Of a stretch of 64,000 nucleotides of DNA, positions 63,489 to 64,000 are shown piece by piece. The translations under genes and the position numbers were made by a program. The notes under the pieces are model-generated. The model did no database searches. It saw only the letters and a list, made by a program, of their open reading frames with translations, and was not told where the DNA came from. Numbering within the stretch: position 1 is the first letter of the stretch; each line of letters starts with the position of its first letter. The DNA lies in the NCBI GenBank assembly GCA_965203275.1, contig OZ241865.1, positions 224,001 to 288,000 on the forward strand, written 5' to 3'. This stretch comes from Bdellovibrionales bacterium. Its GTDB lineage: Bacteria; Bdellovibrionota; Bdellovibrionia; Bdellovibrionales; JAUICD01.

Positions 63489-64000
63489 ATGACTAATTTT
63501 ATTAAATTTTTATCAATCACCCCCCCCCCCCGACACGTCGCGTCATAGCTATTTTTTAGCACGTAAATCTTTAAGACAGTTTATTTTATCATTTTATAAT
63601 CTCAAGCTGATCAAAGTATTATTTTATTTACCTTACAAAATCATAAGGTTACAAAAACAAATCATATATTTGTTTTGTGTTCCAAACAAAAAAATAATCT
63701 GCCAAGGATGTCTAATCATCTTTATATTAATTGGCTTTGTACCTAATGAAGCATTTGCACAAAGCGGTCTTATCGATCTTATCGCTACTGACAGAAACCC
63801 TGCTAGAAGGAGAGTTACAGCTACCGTTACTACTCAGACAGGCCATGAATCCGCAAGGAATGCTATTAATGGAGAGATAGCACGCCAAAGAGGACAGATA
63901 ACTGCCACGGAAAGAAGTATAGAGGCTTTAGAAAGGGAACTGATCCCTATTGCACGAGCAGTCCAAGATGAATGTCCAGGGGTTGTATATAGCTACAGAA
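63489..64000 (+). CDS. 5' part of a putative exported protein, frameshifted at a C12 tract (runs off the window)
   Basis: RBS GAGAGG plus ATG 63489; the +1 frame is open from the tract to the window end and contains IFILIGFVPNEAFA-Q. Confidence 0.55.

Overview
AT-rich bacterial chromosome segment. Gene content (T2SS gspD/E/F, fadI-fadJ, lepA, glnS, mpl, murC, VWA lipoprotein, HExxH peptidases) suggests Bdellovibrionota; ankyrin and Bdr-like genes hint at a host-associated lineage. Both placements are inference. The centrepiece (about 11.3-22.1 kb) is an unusual two-effector type V-A CRISPR locus. An intact 1325-aa Cas12a2/Cms1-like nuclease (closest, from my recollection, to the Smithella Cms1/Cas12a3 clade) is transcribed divergently from a canonical cas12a. 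That cas12a was split by an internal deletion, and its true N-terminus survives as a 20-aa mini-ORF with an RBS. Downstream are a deletion-fused cas4/cas1 pseudogene, an intact cas2 and an array of 7 repeats/6 spacers. The array's degenerate terminal repeat recurs 371 bp later, joined to a 5'-truncated ankyrin-metalloprotease gene. All three cas transcription units are preceded by sigma28(FliA)-like motifs. Intergenic DNA holds about ten clusters of a ~140-147 bp repeat with strong compensatory stem covariation, plus two other repeat families. Other points: a Panacea antitoxin/membrane-protein pair, a 56-aa secreted peptide missing from the ORF track, a C12 tract frameshifting the last gene, and sigma54-type promoters before exported proteins. 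All homology calls come from motif recognition and memory; no searches were run.
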